From Savitreella phatthalungensis (Eukaryota), in contig AP039691.1 of the NCBI GenBank assembly GCA_051599415.1, positions 620,001 to 684,000 of the forward strand: DNA of 64,000 bases, written 5' to 3'. Below the pieces are notes generated by a model, which was given only the letters and a program-made list of their open reading frames with translations, did no database searches and had not been told where the DNA came from. The number at the start of each line of letters is the position of its first letter. The first letter of the stretch is position 1. Below, piece after piece: positions 30,488 through 41,995 of the stretch. The translations under genes were made by a program, and so were the position numbers.

Positions 30488-32602
30488 CTACGATGTCCAT
30501 GGGTTGACGACGTGCTCGTGATCATGACCCAATAAGCGATCTTTGAGATCGAGACTATCTGCATCATCTCCGTCGTTGTTGTCGTCGCCTGAATCGTCAG
30601 TGATGCCAGTCCGATTGCTGTCAACAGCTGCGAGTGCGGATGCGTCCTCGCGCTTGCCGTGGGTCGCTCGTGCTTTACCTCTCTCCTTTTGCTTTCCCTT
30701 GCCACCGCTCTGCTTTGCATTCTCGGTGTCAACCGAATCAGCTGTTATGCCTTGTCCCTCAGCGTCCGCCTGAATCTCTGCCTCATCAACGTGGCGCTCT
30801 CTGATATCGATGTGTCGCTCGTCTTCAGAACCACCAGTCGTAGACTCCCGTCGCTCTGAAGCTTGCTTTGACTTGTCGCCACGTTGTGCCGAGTCATCCG
30901 CGTGCGGCGATACGACACTTTCGAGATGAACGAACCGCTGAAAAGCGTCCGCGTGAGTGGCAAACCCAGGCGCTGGCCCCTCTCGGCGTATCCGCATCCT
31001 CTCTCGCTCTTCCCAAAGCGGATCTTCCACCACGAGATCTCGGACTTCTTCTATACGTGAAGGATGTGATTGGAGCGGTATGCGTGTAGCAGACTTCTTG
31101 CCGTGTAACGACGATGAAGCATCAAATCCTTGCTCGCGAAGACGCGCAGCAGTCTCTTCCAGGGTCGGCGGCTCGCGAAGCAGCTTCTGATGAGAAGACG
31201 TCGAGATATTTGCATGGCCACGCCGCGCACGTGAGAGATCCCCATGCAGTCGTACCTCGATAGACGGAGAGTTGTAATCGCCAAACTCCATCGTCCGAGC
31301 CTTCTTGAAGAGCTCCTCGTCTTGATCATCGAGATCGAATCCGACAGGAGGCTCTGCGTTGTAGCTTGCAATCCGACGCATATCCTCAAAGCGCTTGCCC
31401 GAAGCTGATGAGTGCGAGCCCAATAAGGTGTCCAGCCCATGCTTCGCACTGTCCAAGAGTGGAGTCCGATCGTTTACACGACCCGGCTGAGGTACCCAGT
31501 GGCGACCACGTCCACCATTCTTGTATCGCATCCCTTCCTTGATTCGGGACATACGAGCGTGCTCGTCAGCAGGGGCGACGAGATTTTCTCCAGGGTCAAA
31601 CAGCCGGTAGCCATAGTTCTTGCCGAAGAGGGTGTCTCGCGAATCGACTATGAGGTCCAAGGCGCCGAAACTGTCCCTTGCCGCGTAAGCGATTGGCATA
31701 CGTGCAGAGGCAATCGTGGGATCCGTGTAATCAATGACGTCGAATGCGTACCAGTGAGCGACGGCGAAAATGGGCATTTCTAGGCATGTAAGTAGATCTT
31801 GTATTGCCAGGGAGATGTTGTCAGATGAGTAGCCTGGGGAATCCTTGATCAGGCCGGCATAGACCAGAAGCGAGAGCAGGAACCCCTGCCAATACGAGGC
31901 GAAAATAACGAGCTTGATGACGAGAAACTTCGGAACCGGCCTGAAGGGGACAAGATCCTCGTGCAAGCAGACCCAGAACATCGCAAGACAATACAGTGAT
32001 ACTGTGATTGAGATGTTGTAGATGATACCACTCCACATATATCCTGAGGTAAGACCAATGTATCCCTCCTGGAAGGTGCCAGTTGCTTTCATGATGACAG
32101 TGGCAAGAGCGAGTAGTGGCTTGAGCCATGCATACTGTAAGATTCCTCGTTTGATGGTGAGGAAAGTGTAAGGGTCGCTGATATCGCACGGGCTCAAGAG
32201 GTAGTTCATGGGCCATGGATGGTCCTTAGGTAGACGACCATGTGTGGATATGATGATAGATCGCTCACCGCCCAGGTAGTTCACCAGAAGTTGGAAGAAG
32301 CAGTAGATGACGAAAGCCTCGTAAACGTCACGAATTGGGTCAATGAAAGAAGCAGCAGTGAACGAAAGAAGAGAGAGCCATGATGCTATTGAATATAGTG
32401 GGACCATGAGCATAATGCGGACAACGTAGCGTTGCATTATTGGCTTTCGGTACTGCTTCAAATGCGTCCATAACGAACCGAGAGATACAACTGTCGCAAA
32501 GCCAGAGGCGATGCCTGCGACAACAATGGGCCAGCTAGAATCGCCTCCGAGGCGTCCTCCAGAACCGCCATTTGAACTGCTCGCCGCAGCTTGGAAGGCC
32601 AT
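30488..32602 (-). CDS. HFL1: TMEM184/OST-alpha family vacuolar membrane protein Hfl1
   Basis: Motifs YRKPIMQRYVVRIMLMVPLY, RDVYEAFVIY, KRGILQY, PKFLVIKLVIFASYWQG and HWYAF; cytosolic FDLDDQDEELFKKARTMEFGDY segment. Confidence 0.9.
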   Translation of the reverse strand: MAFQAAASSSNGGSGGRLGGDSSWPIVVAGIASGFATVVSLGSLWTHLKQYRKPIMQRYVVRIMLMVPLYSIASWLSLLSFTAASFIDPIRDVYEAFVIYCFFQLLVNYLGGERSIIISTHGRLPKDHPWPMNYLLSPCDISDPYTFLTIKRGILQYAWLKPLLALATVIMKATGTFQEGYIGLTSGYMWSGIIYNISITVSLYCLAMFWVCLHEDLVPFRPVPKFLVIKLVIFASYWQGFLLSLLVYAGLIKDSPGYSSDNISLAIQDLLTCLEMPIFAVAHWYAFDVIDYTDPTIASARMPIAYAARDSFGALDLIVDSRDTLFGKNYGYRLFDPGENLVAPADEHARMSRIKEGMRYKNGGRGRHWVPQPGRVNDRTPLLDSAKHGLDTLLGSHSSASGKRFEDMRRIASYNAEPPVGFDLDDQDEELFKKARTMEFGDYNSPSIEVRLHGDLSRARRGHANISTSSHQKLLREPPTLEETAARLREQGFDASSSLHGKKSATRIPLQSHPSRIEEVRDLVVEDPLWEERERMRIRREGPAPGFATHADAFQRFVHLESVVSPHADDSAQRGDKSKQASERRESTTGGSEDERHIDIRERHVDEAEIQADAEGQGITADSVDTENAKQSGGKGKQKERGKARATHGKREDASALAAVDSNRTGITDDSGDDNNDGDDADSLDLKDRLLGHDHEHVVNPWTS

Positions 32603-33073
32603 GTACGGCCGGATGACAGTGTCAATGTATGTGCGCAGGGAGTCAAGGCATCTTGGACATTCGCGCTACACACTCGTGAGCTTCAAACTACCTTTTGCTG
32701 TCGGAGCGCTTGTTGGAAGTCAGTCACTGCCTGCTTGTTCTCGAAGATGACGACGTAACCGCTTTACAGACCTGCTTGCTGGAATGAATGGAAATTGATT
32801 TGCAGTATAGCGCACATACGCACGTACATCCATCCATCCACACGACCATGCCGGCCAAAGTCAACTGAATGCACAATTGACTGGATGAAGAAAAAATTAA
32901 AGGGGAGATAGAACAGAGTAGACGTTGTTAGAACGACGACAAGGTCAACCACACAGTCCAAGTCAACTCTAGCTCTATATCATCCGTAGTGAGAACCCAG
33001 AAGGGACTCATCACCGAGACGCCTCGCTTGTAGATCTCGATCGGCGCGCTTCAGCATATGCTTATGCTTCATT

Positions 33074-36000
33074 ATGGCGCCTAAGAAAGGAAAGAAGTCA
33101 AAGGCTATCGATGACGATTGGGAGGCAGAGCTAGGTGAAGACATCACCGGACAGCAAGCTGTTGTCGAAGACACCTCTGAGTCCGCTCCTGCGCCGACCG
33201 CGGGGTTTGCCATCGCAGGAGATGAAGAAGATGATGGAGGCGGTCTCATGTCTCAGCTCGGTCGAGCAAGCGGCAAGAAGGGCAAGAAGAATAAGAAGAA
33301 GCAACAGCAAGAAGATGATTGGGAGGCAGAGCTCGGCGAGGACTTGACTAAGCGTCAGGATAATTCTACTGCCGCTCCAGAAGAGGAGGATGACGTGTTC
33401 TCTGCGCCTATTAAGGACAAGAAAGCCGCAGCAACCCATGCTGTACCGTCTAAGGACGATCAGGATAATGCTGACGTCGACGAAGATAAAGAGCCTGCAG
33501 GAGAGGTCCGTATAAAAACTAAAGCAGAAAAGGAACGAGAAAAGAAGGAGCGCGAAAAGGCCAAGAAGAAGGCCCAGGCTGACAAAAAGAAAGCAGCCAG
33601 CAAGGGCGGTGCTGCGAGCTCATCAGTAGCTGAGCGGGAGACGAAGGATCAAGACCCTACCAGAGACTCAAAGCATGAGCCCGCTGCCAGTGTCGCGACG
33701 CCCTCCGGCAAGGGCAAGAAGGTTGATGCACGTATTGCTGCAATTCAGAAGCAACAAGAGCTGCGGCGGCAAGAGGAGGAACGACTCAGAGAGGAGCGTG
33801 AGGCTGAAGAAGCACGCATTGCTGCCGAGGAAGCTGCAGCTGCAGAGGAAGAGCGCAAAAAGGAGGAAGCCAAACTGAAAAAGAAGGAGCGCGAGAAGCA
33901 GAAAATTGCCGAGCAGAAAGCCGCTGGCACTTTCATGACCAAGAAACAGAAAGAAGCCGCAGCGCTCGCAGAAAAACGAAAGCAAGAGATGCTCGCCGCC
34001 GGTATGACCGTTGCGGGTTTGCAGGATGGTGATTCACCGAAACCGAAAAGGCCTGTGTATGATAATCGACGCAATAAGAAGAAAGGGCCGCAACAGACAC
34101 AGTCTCGCCCGGAGACAGCACCGGCTTCGCCACAGCCGGCAGCTTCTCCCGCGATAGATGCTCTCAAGAAGCTTTCTTTGAGCAAATCAAAGACATCGAG
34201 CGGAGCGTCTACACCAGCAGTCGAGACAGAGGAAGAGCAGGAGGGCGATGAGCCATTAGACTCCTGGGAAGCTGCTCTGGAGTCCGATACCGACGTCAAG
34301 AAGGATGAGGATGTGAAGGACTCTTGGGATCAGGAATCTGAGGAGGAACATGAGGTTGAGCCAGCTCAAAAGTCCTTCGTCACTGGCATTTCGAGTGCGA
34401 AAGAGCTCGCCGCAAAACGGCAGCAGCAGAAGCAAAATGGTGAGGCTGCGAAGGGTCATGAGAGCGGTCAAGACGACGAAGATGACTCGGCCGAGACAGA
34501 CTCTGGTTCCGACTCAGATTCAGATTCAGATTCAGACTCAGACTCAGACCCCGGCCCCGGAAAATCCGCCGCTAGGGTCGCTGCAGCAAAACGCAAGGCA
34601 GAAGCACACGCCGCGAAGGAGCAAAGAATCGCACAGGCAAAGGCTGCCAGGTCAAGCGATGACTTGCGATCTCCAATCTGCTGCATCATGGGTCACGTCG
34701 ACACAGGCAAGACTTCGCTGCTCGACAAGGTCCGACAGACCAACGTACAGGGTGGCGAGGCTGGTGGCATCACCCAGCAGATCGGCGCTACCTACTTCCC
34801 CATGGAAAACATTGTCAAGAAGACCAAAGTTCTTAAAGCTGCAAAGGGCTTTGACTACAAGTTGCCCGGTCTGTTGGTGATCGATACGCCTGGCCACGAG
34901 TCTTTCAGCAATCTTCGGTCACGTGGATCTTCATTGTGCAACATCGCCATCCTCGTCATTGATATCATGCACGGACTCGAGCCACAGACGATCGAGTCTA
35001 TCAAGATGCTACGCGACAAGAAAACGCCTTTTATCGTCGCCCTCAACAAGATCGACAGACTTTATGGTTGGCAATCCACCCCGGACAACGGCTTCCGCGA
35101 GTCGCTCGACAAGCAGAAGAAATCTGTAAAGAATGAGTTTGAGGATCGCTTAGCCAAGACAAAGCTTGCGCTGGCTGAACAAGGTCTCAATTCCGAGCTC
35201 TACTACGACAACAAGAATCTGGGACGATACGTGTCTCTCGTTCCTACGTCGGCTCACACCGGCGAAGGTATTCCAGACCTTCTACACCTTCTTGTCTCGC
35301 TGACGCAGCAGCGTATGACGGAAAAGCTCATGTATGTTTCGGAGCTCGAGTGCACGGTGCTGGAGGTGAAGGTGATTGAAGGACTCGGTACGACCATCGA
35401 TGTCGTCGTGGTCAACGGCGTTCTGCGCGAAGGTGACCGCATCGTCGTCGCTGGTATCAATGGTCCGATTGTCACTACGATTCGTGCCATATTGACGCCC
35501 CAGCCGCTCAAGGAGTTGCGCATCAAGGGCACATACGTCCACCATAAGGAGGTCAAAGCTGCACTCGGTGTCAAGATTGCTGCCAACGATCTCGAAAAGG
35601 CGATCGCTGGCTCGCGGATGCTGCGCGTCGAACCTGGCGATGACGAGGAGGATCTCAAGGACGATGTCATGGACGATATTACAGAGATGCTTGAGTCGAT
35701 CGACAGGTCACAGACTGGTGTCCATGTCCAGGCTTCGACTCTGGGAGCACTTGAGGCTCTGCTCGAGTTCCTGAAGACATCCAAGATCCCGGTTTCGTCG
35801 ATCGAGATAGGTCCTGTGTACAAAAAGCACGTGATGCGAGCGGCGACCATGCTGGACAAGGCGCGAGAGTACGCAGTCATGCTTTGCTTTGACGTCGAGG
35901 TCGATCGAGACGCACAACAGCTGGCAGATTCGCTTGGAGTAACGATCTTCAGCGCCGACATCATCTACCATCTGTTCGACAGTTTCACAGCACATAGAGC

Positions 36001-36454
36001 CGCCGCTCTTGAGCAGAAACGGACAGAGGGCGCTGCTACGGCCGTATTCCCGTGTGTGCTCCGCACAATCGCCGTCTTCAACAAGCGCGATCCAATCATT
36101 CTCGGCATCGATGTCGTGGAAGGATCCTTGCGTCCAGGAACGCCAATCTGTGCTGTAAAACTCGACGCCGCAGCCAACACGCGCACTGTCGTCGAGCTGG
36201 GCAAGGTGGCGACGATGGAGAAGGAGCACAAACAGGTCGACATTGCACGAAAGGGTGCCGGTGGCCAGGCCATCGCCGTCAAGCTTGAGGGTTCCGAGCA
36301 GTTGTTCGGCCGCCACGTCGATCAGCAGGACCTGCTCTACTCCCACATCTCGCGCAAGTCCATCGACATCCTCAAGAGTGAGGCATTCAGGGAGTCTGTG
36401 ACAAAGGAGGAGTGGGCTTTGATTGTCAAGCTCAAAAAGACATTCGGCATCTAA
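33074..36454 (+). CDS. FUN12: Translation initiation factor eIF5B
   Basis: Charged N-terminal region; G-domain [35 protein letters not shown] and NKID. Confidence 0.97.
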   Translation: MAPKKGKKSKAIDDDWEAELGEDITGQQAVVEDTSESAPAPTAGFAIAGDEEDDGGGLMSQLGRASGKKGKKNKKKQQQEDDWEAELGEDLTKRQDNSTAAPEEEDDVFSAPIKDKKAAATHAVPSKDDQDNADVDEDKEPAGEVRIKTKAEKEREKKEREKAKKKAQADKKKAASKGGAASSSVAERETKDQDPTRDSKHEPAASVATPSGKGKKVDARIAAIQKQQELRRQEEERLREEREAEEARIAAEEAAAAEEERKKEEAKLKKKEREKQKIAEQKAAGTFMTKKQKEAAALAEKRKQEMLAAGMTVAGLQDGDSPKPKRPVYDNRRNKKKGPQQTQSRPETAPASPQPAASPAIDALKKLSLSKSKTSSGASTPAVETEEEQEGDEPLDSWEAALESDTDVKKDEDVKDSWDQESEEEHEVEPAQKSFVTGISSAKELAAKRQQQKQNGEAAKGHESGQDDEDDSAETDSGSDSDSDSDSDSDSDPGPGKSAARVAAAKRKAEAHAAKEQRIAQAKAARSSDDLRSPICCIMGHVDTGKTSLLDKVRQTNVQGGEAGGITQQIGATYFPMENIVKKTKVLKAAKGFDYKLPGLLVIDTPGHESFSNLRSRGSSLCNIAILVIDIMHGLEPQTIESIKMLRDKKTPFIVALNKIDRLYGWQSTPDNGFRESLDKQKKSVKNEFEDRLAKTKLALAEQGLNSELYYDNKNLGRYVSLVPTSAHTGEGIPDLLHLLVSLTQQRMTEKLMYVSELECTVLEVKVIEGLGTTIDVVVVNGVLREGDRIVVAGINGPIVTTIRAILTPQPLKELRIKGTYVHHKEVKAALGVKIAANDLEKAIAGSRMLRVEPGDDEEDLKDDVMDDITEMLESIDRSQTGVHVQASTLGALEALLEFLKTSKIPVSSIEIGPVYKKHVMRAATMLDKAREYAVMLCFDVEVDRDAQQLADSLGVTIFSADIIYHLFDSFTAHRAAALEQKRTEGAATAVFPCVLRTIAVFNKRDPIILGIDVVEGSLRPGTPICAVKLDAAANTRTVVELGKVATMEKEHKQVDIARKGAGGQAIAVKLEGSEQLFGRHVDQQDLLYSHISRKSIDILKSEAFRESVTKEEWALIVKLKKTFGI
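34511..34549 (+). repeat. (GAYTCA)n hexamer repeat encoding poly(Asp-Ser) in eIF5B
   Basis: GACTCA GATTCA GATTCA GATTCA GACTCA GACTCA GAC. Confidence 0.85.
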
Positions 36455-38674
36455 TCTTCATTACGAGGTACGGAAGGGCTTTAGCATACTACCTTCTACT
36501 TATAGGCAAGACTTCACTTAGAAACATTATCATGACCGCAATTTCTGTGTCAAGCTCGGTCTTTCGATACGGTCTAAATTCTGTCTGGACTTCGCTAAAG
36601 GGGTAGGTATGAACTTCATCGAATTCCGCGGATCTAACCTGCCGCGGCGGTGGTGCTACTGGAAAGGCTGTCCGTCAAAGCTCCGAAGGGCTCGGTGAGC
36701 AGCAGCCGAGAAAGTGGCTTCGCCGGCTAGTTCTCGTCCCTGATGACGTTCAAGACTACTTGATTCATTCTCGCATAAGCGGCGCATGTATAATTGGTAG
36801 GTCAGGCTCTGTCAAATGCCGTGGAGCGGTCGGAAATCAATTGCCGGCGTCTAAGAGCTACCCATTGTACCTGTGCTAGATTGTGAGTTCAGCTCCTCTG
36901 TCCAGACCTTGTGACTCCCGGCTGCATGGTCTATCTCGGCAATTCGGAGATTATTGAAGCGCCGCGTGCATTACTATTCAAGAATCAAAACGGCTAAAGA
37001 TGCACATTGCATTGACCTAGGACAGGAGTCTGCTGGACGCGCTGCTGACTTGACTAGACCCAACAACACGTCATACTCGCTAGAATCACAATCCTACATA
37101 ATCCTGGGCTCGAAAGATCTGGTACATCATGCATAAAACATCCGCATCAACCGCGCGTTTCACGCTCGTACATTGGCAAGCAGATGGTCATGCCTAGAAC
37201 CAAGAACCTTGTCAACCTGAATCAAGCTCGATCGGCGAAACTACCAGCTCTATAGAGAACATAGACACAATACGCTATCCATGCGTAGATCGACGGATAC
37301 GCATTAGTGTGGATTCTGTCTGGTCGAGCTCGGGTTGATTGCCATCCCTGCCGAGTTGCCTGATTCATATCTGCGCCAGGAGCAGAAACATGTAAAATAC
37401 GGAGCCGTACAAGGCCATGGCGAGGCGCGTGTCTCTAATCCTAGTCCAAATAGTGTCAATATTCAGGGGGTTTTGAAGCTTCCGGTCGGTACATTTTTGT
37501 TTTGATTCCTGCCGAGGAGGTCACGGATTGTATCTGAAGGAAGTCATGTCAGAATTGTCAGGGAAGAGATACTTCCCGCATGGGAAAGAAATCAGACCAC
37601 GGTCAAGCTAACTGCTGATGAGTCTCATACTCAAACGGGTATGAAAAAGCAGAAGGCAGTCAATCAAGGCTTTATTTAGATTATTCATCCAGGATCTCAA
37701 GGGGTCAAAGAGTCATAGTACATTAGCATCGTACATCGTATCCAAATCAGCTGATTCAAAATTTCGAGATTCATCTAAAGGATCTTAAGCAAGGCAGCTC
37801 AGGTTCTCAAGTAGGAGCCAGAAGTTTCTAGTCAATGTGATACAGGCGAAAGCCAGTTTAGAAATTTGTGACAACCTGCAGCAAGTCGAGTCCATGTTCT
37901 TCGTAGCAGATTTCGGGTAGAAAATTGTCTGAGAAGTGAATGGTCTTTTCTAGGGTCGATTTAGTCTTAACAGAATCCGAAGATGTTTTGATCGGGATTT
38001 CAAATCATTGAGACGCGCTTAAGCGTGCTCTTGTTAATCAGCCAATCTACCCTCCCTCATTCGAAACCAAAAGCAGAAATGTAGCGTAGGCAAAGATAAA
38101 CTGTCATAGGCGGGGAGAAAGTAGAAGAGCCACAATCCGCAGCGAGGATAATCTGGTTCCAGGAGCTTACTCAATTGTGTGATTCACCCGATGGACCGCT
38201 CAATCACCGATCTCACTGGTGAGTGATCTACAGGTGATTCTTCTCCTCCGTAAACACGTCGTGCGTCGTCCATGCTGAAGCACCATTTGACAACATCCCT
38301 GCCGCCTTCTGAAGACGTCTCACAAGCGTCTATATCGCCAGTCATAGGCTTTGATCCATCGCAGTAACGGGAATCTTTTTAAGGCCGAGAGCACCAGACA
38401 GTTCACGCCTACATCTTTCATAAAGTCAGCTACTCTCTTTCCTCGGAGCTCGGTCTCGCTAGATTCCGAGCCATTGCCACAATCCCTCAACAAGCATTAT
38501 AACCACTTGATCTCCAGGTCCGGACTGTTCCTGAATATCTGGAGAGCTGGACGCCATCCTCTCGCAACGGTGAGGCAGACTGTACAACAACGTCACTGTG
38601 TGGGCGCTCAATATTACTCCTCCTGCGGCGACTATAATTGATTGCCAGGCGAGCGATCGATTCACGGGCTGGTG

Positions 38675-39898
38675 ATGGGGGAGTTGTCCGAACAGACAGA
38701 TGAATCCACCCAACGCGCGCTTGGTCAGACTTACACAGGACTGCTCTCTGCACTGATCATCTGGGTATGCGTCGCTCATCGCGCGACCTGGTCACAGGTC
38801 TTCGTCGTCTCGTTCCTGGCACTCAGTGTTCCGTATGCAGCTGTCTATGCTCCGACACACATGATTCCCATAGCCGCGCCGATCGAAACTAATTCGTCCG
38901 CAGGCGTGCAATCTGCTGGCTCTGTCAGCGCTTTCAAGAGGAAGAAGCTGCACACGTCTCGGAAGTCCAAAGGTCGATCGCCGACTGACAGCGTGCGGAA
39001 TAAAAGGTCTAACTCATCCGCCAAGTCCGGCAAAACTGGAAGATCGTCGCGAAACTCGAGCAGTTCCTTGCCACCCGGGAGGGAACATCGCCCTACGACA
39101 CAAAGTTTGCTGTTCAGGACCAACCAAGCGTCTCAAGTCAACGCACCACATGACAACAGAGGCTCTCTTTCCGTCAAGACACCGTCACCAACAGCGATGC
39201 GAGAGCGTCGGTATTCACATGATTCAATTCGTTCCGAGTCGCCCCGTCGCACTTTCAAAAATGTAGTGGCACAGCTAAAATCGCGCATGCCTGCCGTACA
39301 TGAAAGACTGCATTTACCTCACGCAGGCGTCCATCGACCGCCAAGTAGGTCACCGACCCCCACTACGCTGACATCGCAGCAGAGCGATCCTTGCGTTGCC
39401 ACGAGAAAATCGCTCTGCTCGTTACGGAATACACGGGCCGAGAGCGATTCCAACCTTCACAAACCCCTGGCGATACGTCCCATCGACACGAACATATCGG
39501 GTCCTATCCAAAAGAAGCCTGTACCCGGCACCACGACCTCCCCAACAGGCACGAAAAGCACAGATGTTTCGAATTACTCTCCTGTCAGCTTGCTTGGTCT
39601 GCCGTTACGTAGGCACTCACACAAGGATGTCTCGAAGAACGACTCGCCGCATTACGAGGCTGTTGCATCCGTACGCGAGCTCTTGGAAACGGAGACTGGC
39701 TCGTACCCTTCTTCAAAGTCGACGTCGCCTGTCGCTCCAGCTCGAGTCCCTACCGCATTCACGACTCCGCGCAGCCTCTCGCTTGGACCTGCTCCGCCAA
39801 GCGTGCATTCCAATACTAGCACGGGGCGCAGGGTGAGCTTGAAGCTCGGGCGTGTCTTCAGCCTTCGCAAATCGCCGGCACAGGTTGCGCCATTGTAG
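38675..39898 (+). CDS. Hypothetical protein with two N-terminal hydrophobic helices and a long Ser/Arg/Pro-rich tail
   Basis: About 407 aa ORF from ATG 38675. Hydrophobic segments TYTGLLSALIIWVCVAH and WSQVFVVSFLALSVPYAAVY, then disordered sequence. Confidence 0.6.
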   Translation: MGELSEQTDESTQRALGQTYTGLLSALIIWVCVAHRATWSQVFVVSFLALSVPYAAVYAPTHMIPIAAPIETNSSAGVQSAGSVSAFKRKKLHTSRKSKGRSPTDSVRNKRSNSSAKSGKTGRSSRNSSSSLPPGREHRPTTQSLLFRTNQASQVNAPHDNRGSLSVKTPSPTAMRERRYSHDSIRSESPRRTFKNVVAQLKSRMPAVHERLHLPHAGVHRPPSRSPTPTTLTSQQSDPCVATRKSLCSLRNTRAESDSNLHKPLAIRPIDTNISGPIQKKPVPGTTTSPTGTKSTDVSNYSPVSLLGLPLRRHSHKDVSKNDSPHYEAVASVRELLETETGSYPSSKSTSPVAPARVPTAFTTPRSLSLGPAPPSVHSNTSTGRRVSLKLGRVFSLRKSPAQVAPL

Positions 39899-40226
39899 TC
39901 CGAGGCGTGCAGCCGCAGCGCCTTGATTGCGACTTTCCTGTTGACGACTTACACGACAATTCACGATGATGCTCTTACTCTTGATCCTTTATCTACCGAA
40001 CCAATCCCCATTCCCATTATTCTGCCGCCTCAATTGTCTGCATATCACTGGTTCTCGGAAGTGCACACAACCTCATATGATATTTAGCCCTTAGGCCCGC
40101 ACGTGCATATTGAAACAGTAAACACAAAAACTGGTCATCAAACTCCAAGGAAAAGCCAAGGGGATATCAGACTACAAAGTCATTCTTGTGTAGGATATCG
40201 GCAGAGTTTCTAACAAGCGATTGGCC

Positions 40227-41429
40227 ATGACAGTACTGCGGGCGACGGCGACAGCGCCTGTCAATATCGCAGTGGTGAAGTATTGGGGCAAGAGGGATGT
40301 CAAGCTTAATCTGGCGACAAACGATTCCCTTTCCGTGACGCTCGACCAGGACGATCTTCGCGCTCTGACCACGGCCTCGTGCAGCGAGAGCTTCGACGGG
40401 CGGGATCGGATGTGGCTGAATGGTTCAGAGAAGGAGGTGGCAGCAGACACTCGCCTGACAGCATGCCTGAAAGAGCTCCGTGCCCTGCGATCCGAACTCG
40501 AGTCATCGGACTCAAGCCTACCGAAGGCATCGTCCTGGCCTCTCAGAATCGCTTCGGAGAACAACTTTCCGACTGCTGCAGGTCTCGCATCTTCTGCTGC
40601 AGGCTTCGCCGCGCTTGTCCGCGCGGTCGCTGATCTCTATTCGCTTCCACATTCCGCGGAACAGCTTTCAATTATTGCACGCCAGGGCAGCGGCTCTGCT
40701 TGCAGGTCTTTGATGGGTGGGTATGTTGCATGGACGTGTGGCTTTGCGGAAGATGGTACCGATTCACGGGCGGAGCTTATTGCTGACCGCGACCACTGGC
40801 CAGAAATGCGCGGAGCCATTCTTGTAGCCAGTGCTCGCAAGAAGGATGTCTCATCAACGGCCGGGATGCAGGCCACAGTGGCAACTTCGACCTTATTTGC
40901 TGGTCGTGTGAGAGAGGTCGTGCCAGCTCATATGGCTGCTATGCGCCGGGCAGTGCAGACACGCGATTTCACCACTTTTGCCGAGGTCACCATGCGAGAC
41001 TCCAATTCGTTTCACTCGACCTGTTCGGACACCTACCCGCCCATTTTCTACATGAATGACACCTCCCGACTCGTCTGCAGGATCGTCGAGCGCCTCAACC
41101 AGACGGCCGGAAGGACAGTGGCTGCATACACATTCGATGCAGGGCCCAACGCAGTGCTCTACTACCTTGCCGCAGACGCAGCAGTCGTCCTCGGCTTCCT
41201 GCAGAATGTGTGTCAGGGAGTCAGTGGCTATGCTGATTATGTGAGCAAGATTGGCATTGATCTCGGCCAAGCGCCAACGGAAGATCAGCTGCCCGAAAGC
41301 CTTGCATCGGCGGTTAATGCCGGCATTACTCGCTTCATCGGCACGCAAGTCGGCGATGGGCCTCGTCAGATTGACGATTCGCAGTCTTTGCTGAATGACG
41401 ACGGTCTACCAAAGAAAGTGGACGCTTGA
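40227..41429 (+). CDS. MVD1: Diphosphomevalonate decarboxylase
   Basis: Motifs APVNIAVVKYWGKRD, NNFPTAAGLASSAAG, ARQGSGSACRS and AYTFDAGPNAV. Confidence 0.97.
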   Translation: MTVLRATATAPVNIAVVKYWGKRDVKLNLATNDSLSVTLDQDDLRALTTASCSESFDGRDRMWLNGSEKEVAADTRLTACLKELRALRSELESSDSSLPKASSWPLRIASENNFPTAAGLASSAAGFAALVRAVADLYSLPHSAEQLSIIARQGSGSACRSLMGGYVAWTCGFAEDGTDSRAELIADRDHWPEMRGAILVASARKKDVSSTAGMQATVATSTLFAGRVREVVPAHMAAMRRAVQTRDFTTFAEVTMRDSNSFHSTCSDTYPPIFYMNDTSRLVCRIVERLNQTAGRTVAAYTFDAGPNAVLYYLAADAAVVLGFLQNVCQGVSGYADYVSKIGIDLGQAPTEDQLPESLASAVNAGITRFIGTQVGDGPRQIDDSQSLLNDDGLPKKVDA

Positions 41430-41646
41430 GCCTGCACGTCTCGCCGTGTATCATGCAGATCACTCGAGTCGATCAATACGCCTACTGTCGTAACGTCTTA
41501 GGCACGTTGTAGAATAAAAATATATTTTCGACCGCCGTCCCAAATAGGGTTTTAGTGATGTCATGGAGACAAGGATAGCTCTCCACACTCGCCCCGGTAG
41601 TTCTTCTTAATAACCACCCGACCACAAACCCTTGACCTATACAACA

Positions 41647-41995
41647 ATGCTTTCCCGAACAGCTGCATTCATCGGACGAAGCACTGGCCGCCGTGGTTAT
41701 TCTGCTGGCGTCGGTTCTCGAGTCACATTAACAGACGCGAATTCAGGCAATGGCCCCCACACGAAGAGCAAAGTGAGAACGCAAAACACCGGGACCAAGG
41801 GAGACGGTGATATGCCACACCCGACAGAGTATGTCGATGGCCTAGAACCGAAGAAAGGACCAGAGAATGCGTCTCCGACCATCAAGCCGACAAGATCGAC
41901 GGGAATCAAGCAAGGTAAGTTTAGCAGTCAGATCAGGGTTTGAGACGTATACTGATGAAACAGAGCATGACGGCGACAGTGACCACCACAAGTAG
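41647..41995 (+). CDS. Small putative mitochondrial protein (99 aa), two exons: 41647-41914 and 41964-41995
   Basis: Presequence-like MLSRTAAFIGRSTGRRGYS. Intron 41915-41963 (GTAAGT...CTGAT...CAG, 49 nt) gives the C-terminus ...IKQEHDGDSDHHK*. Confidence 0.75.

Noticed and set aside
38155..38175. GGAGCTTACTC resembling the RNase MRP 3' conserved region
   Set aside because: No matching upstream GAAAGTCCCC-type CR-I element was found.
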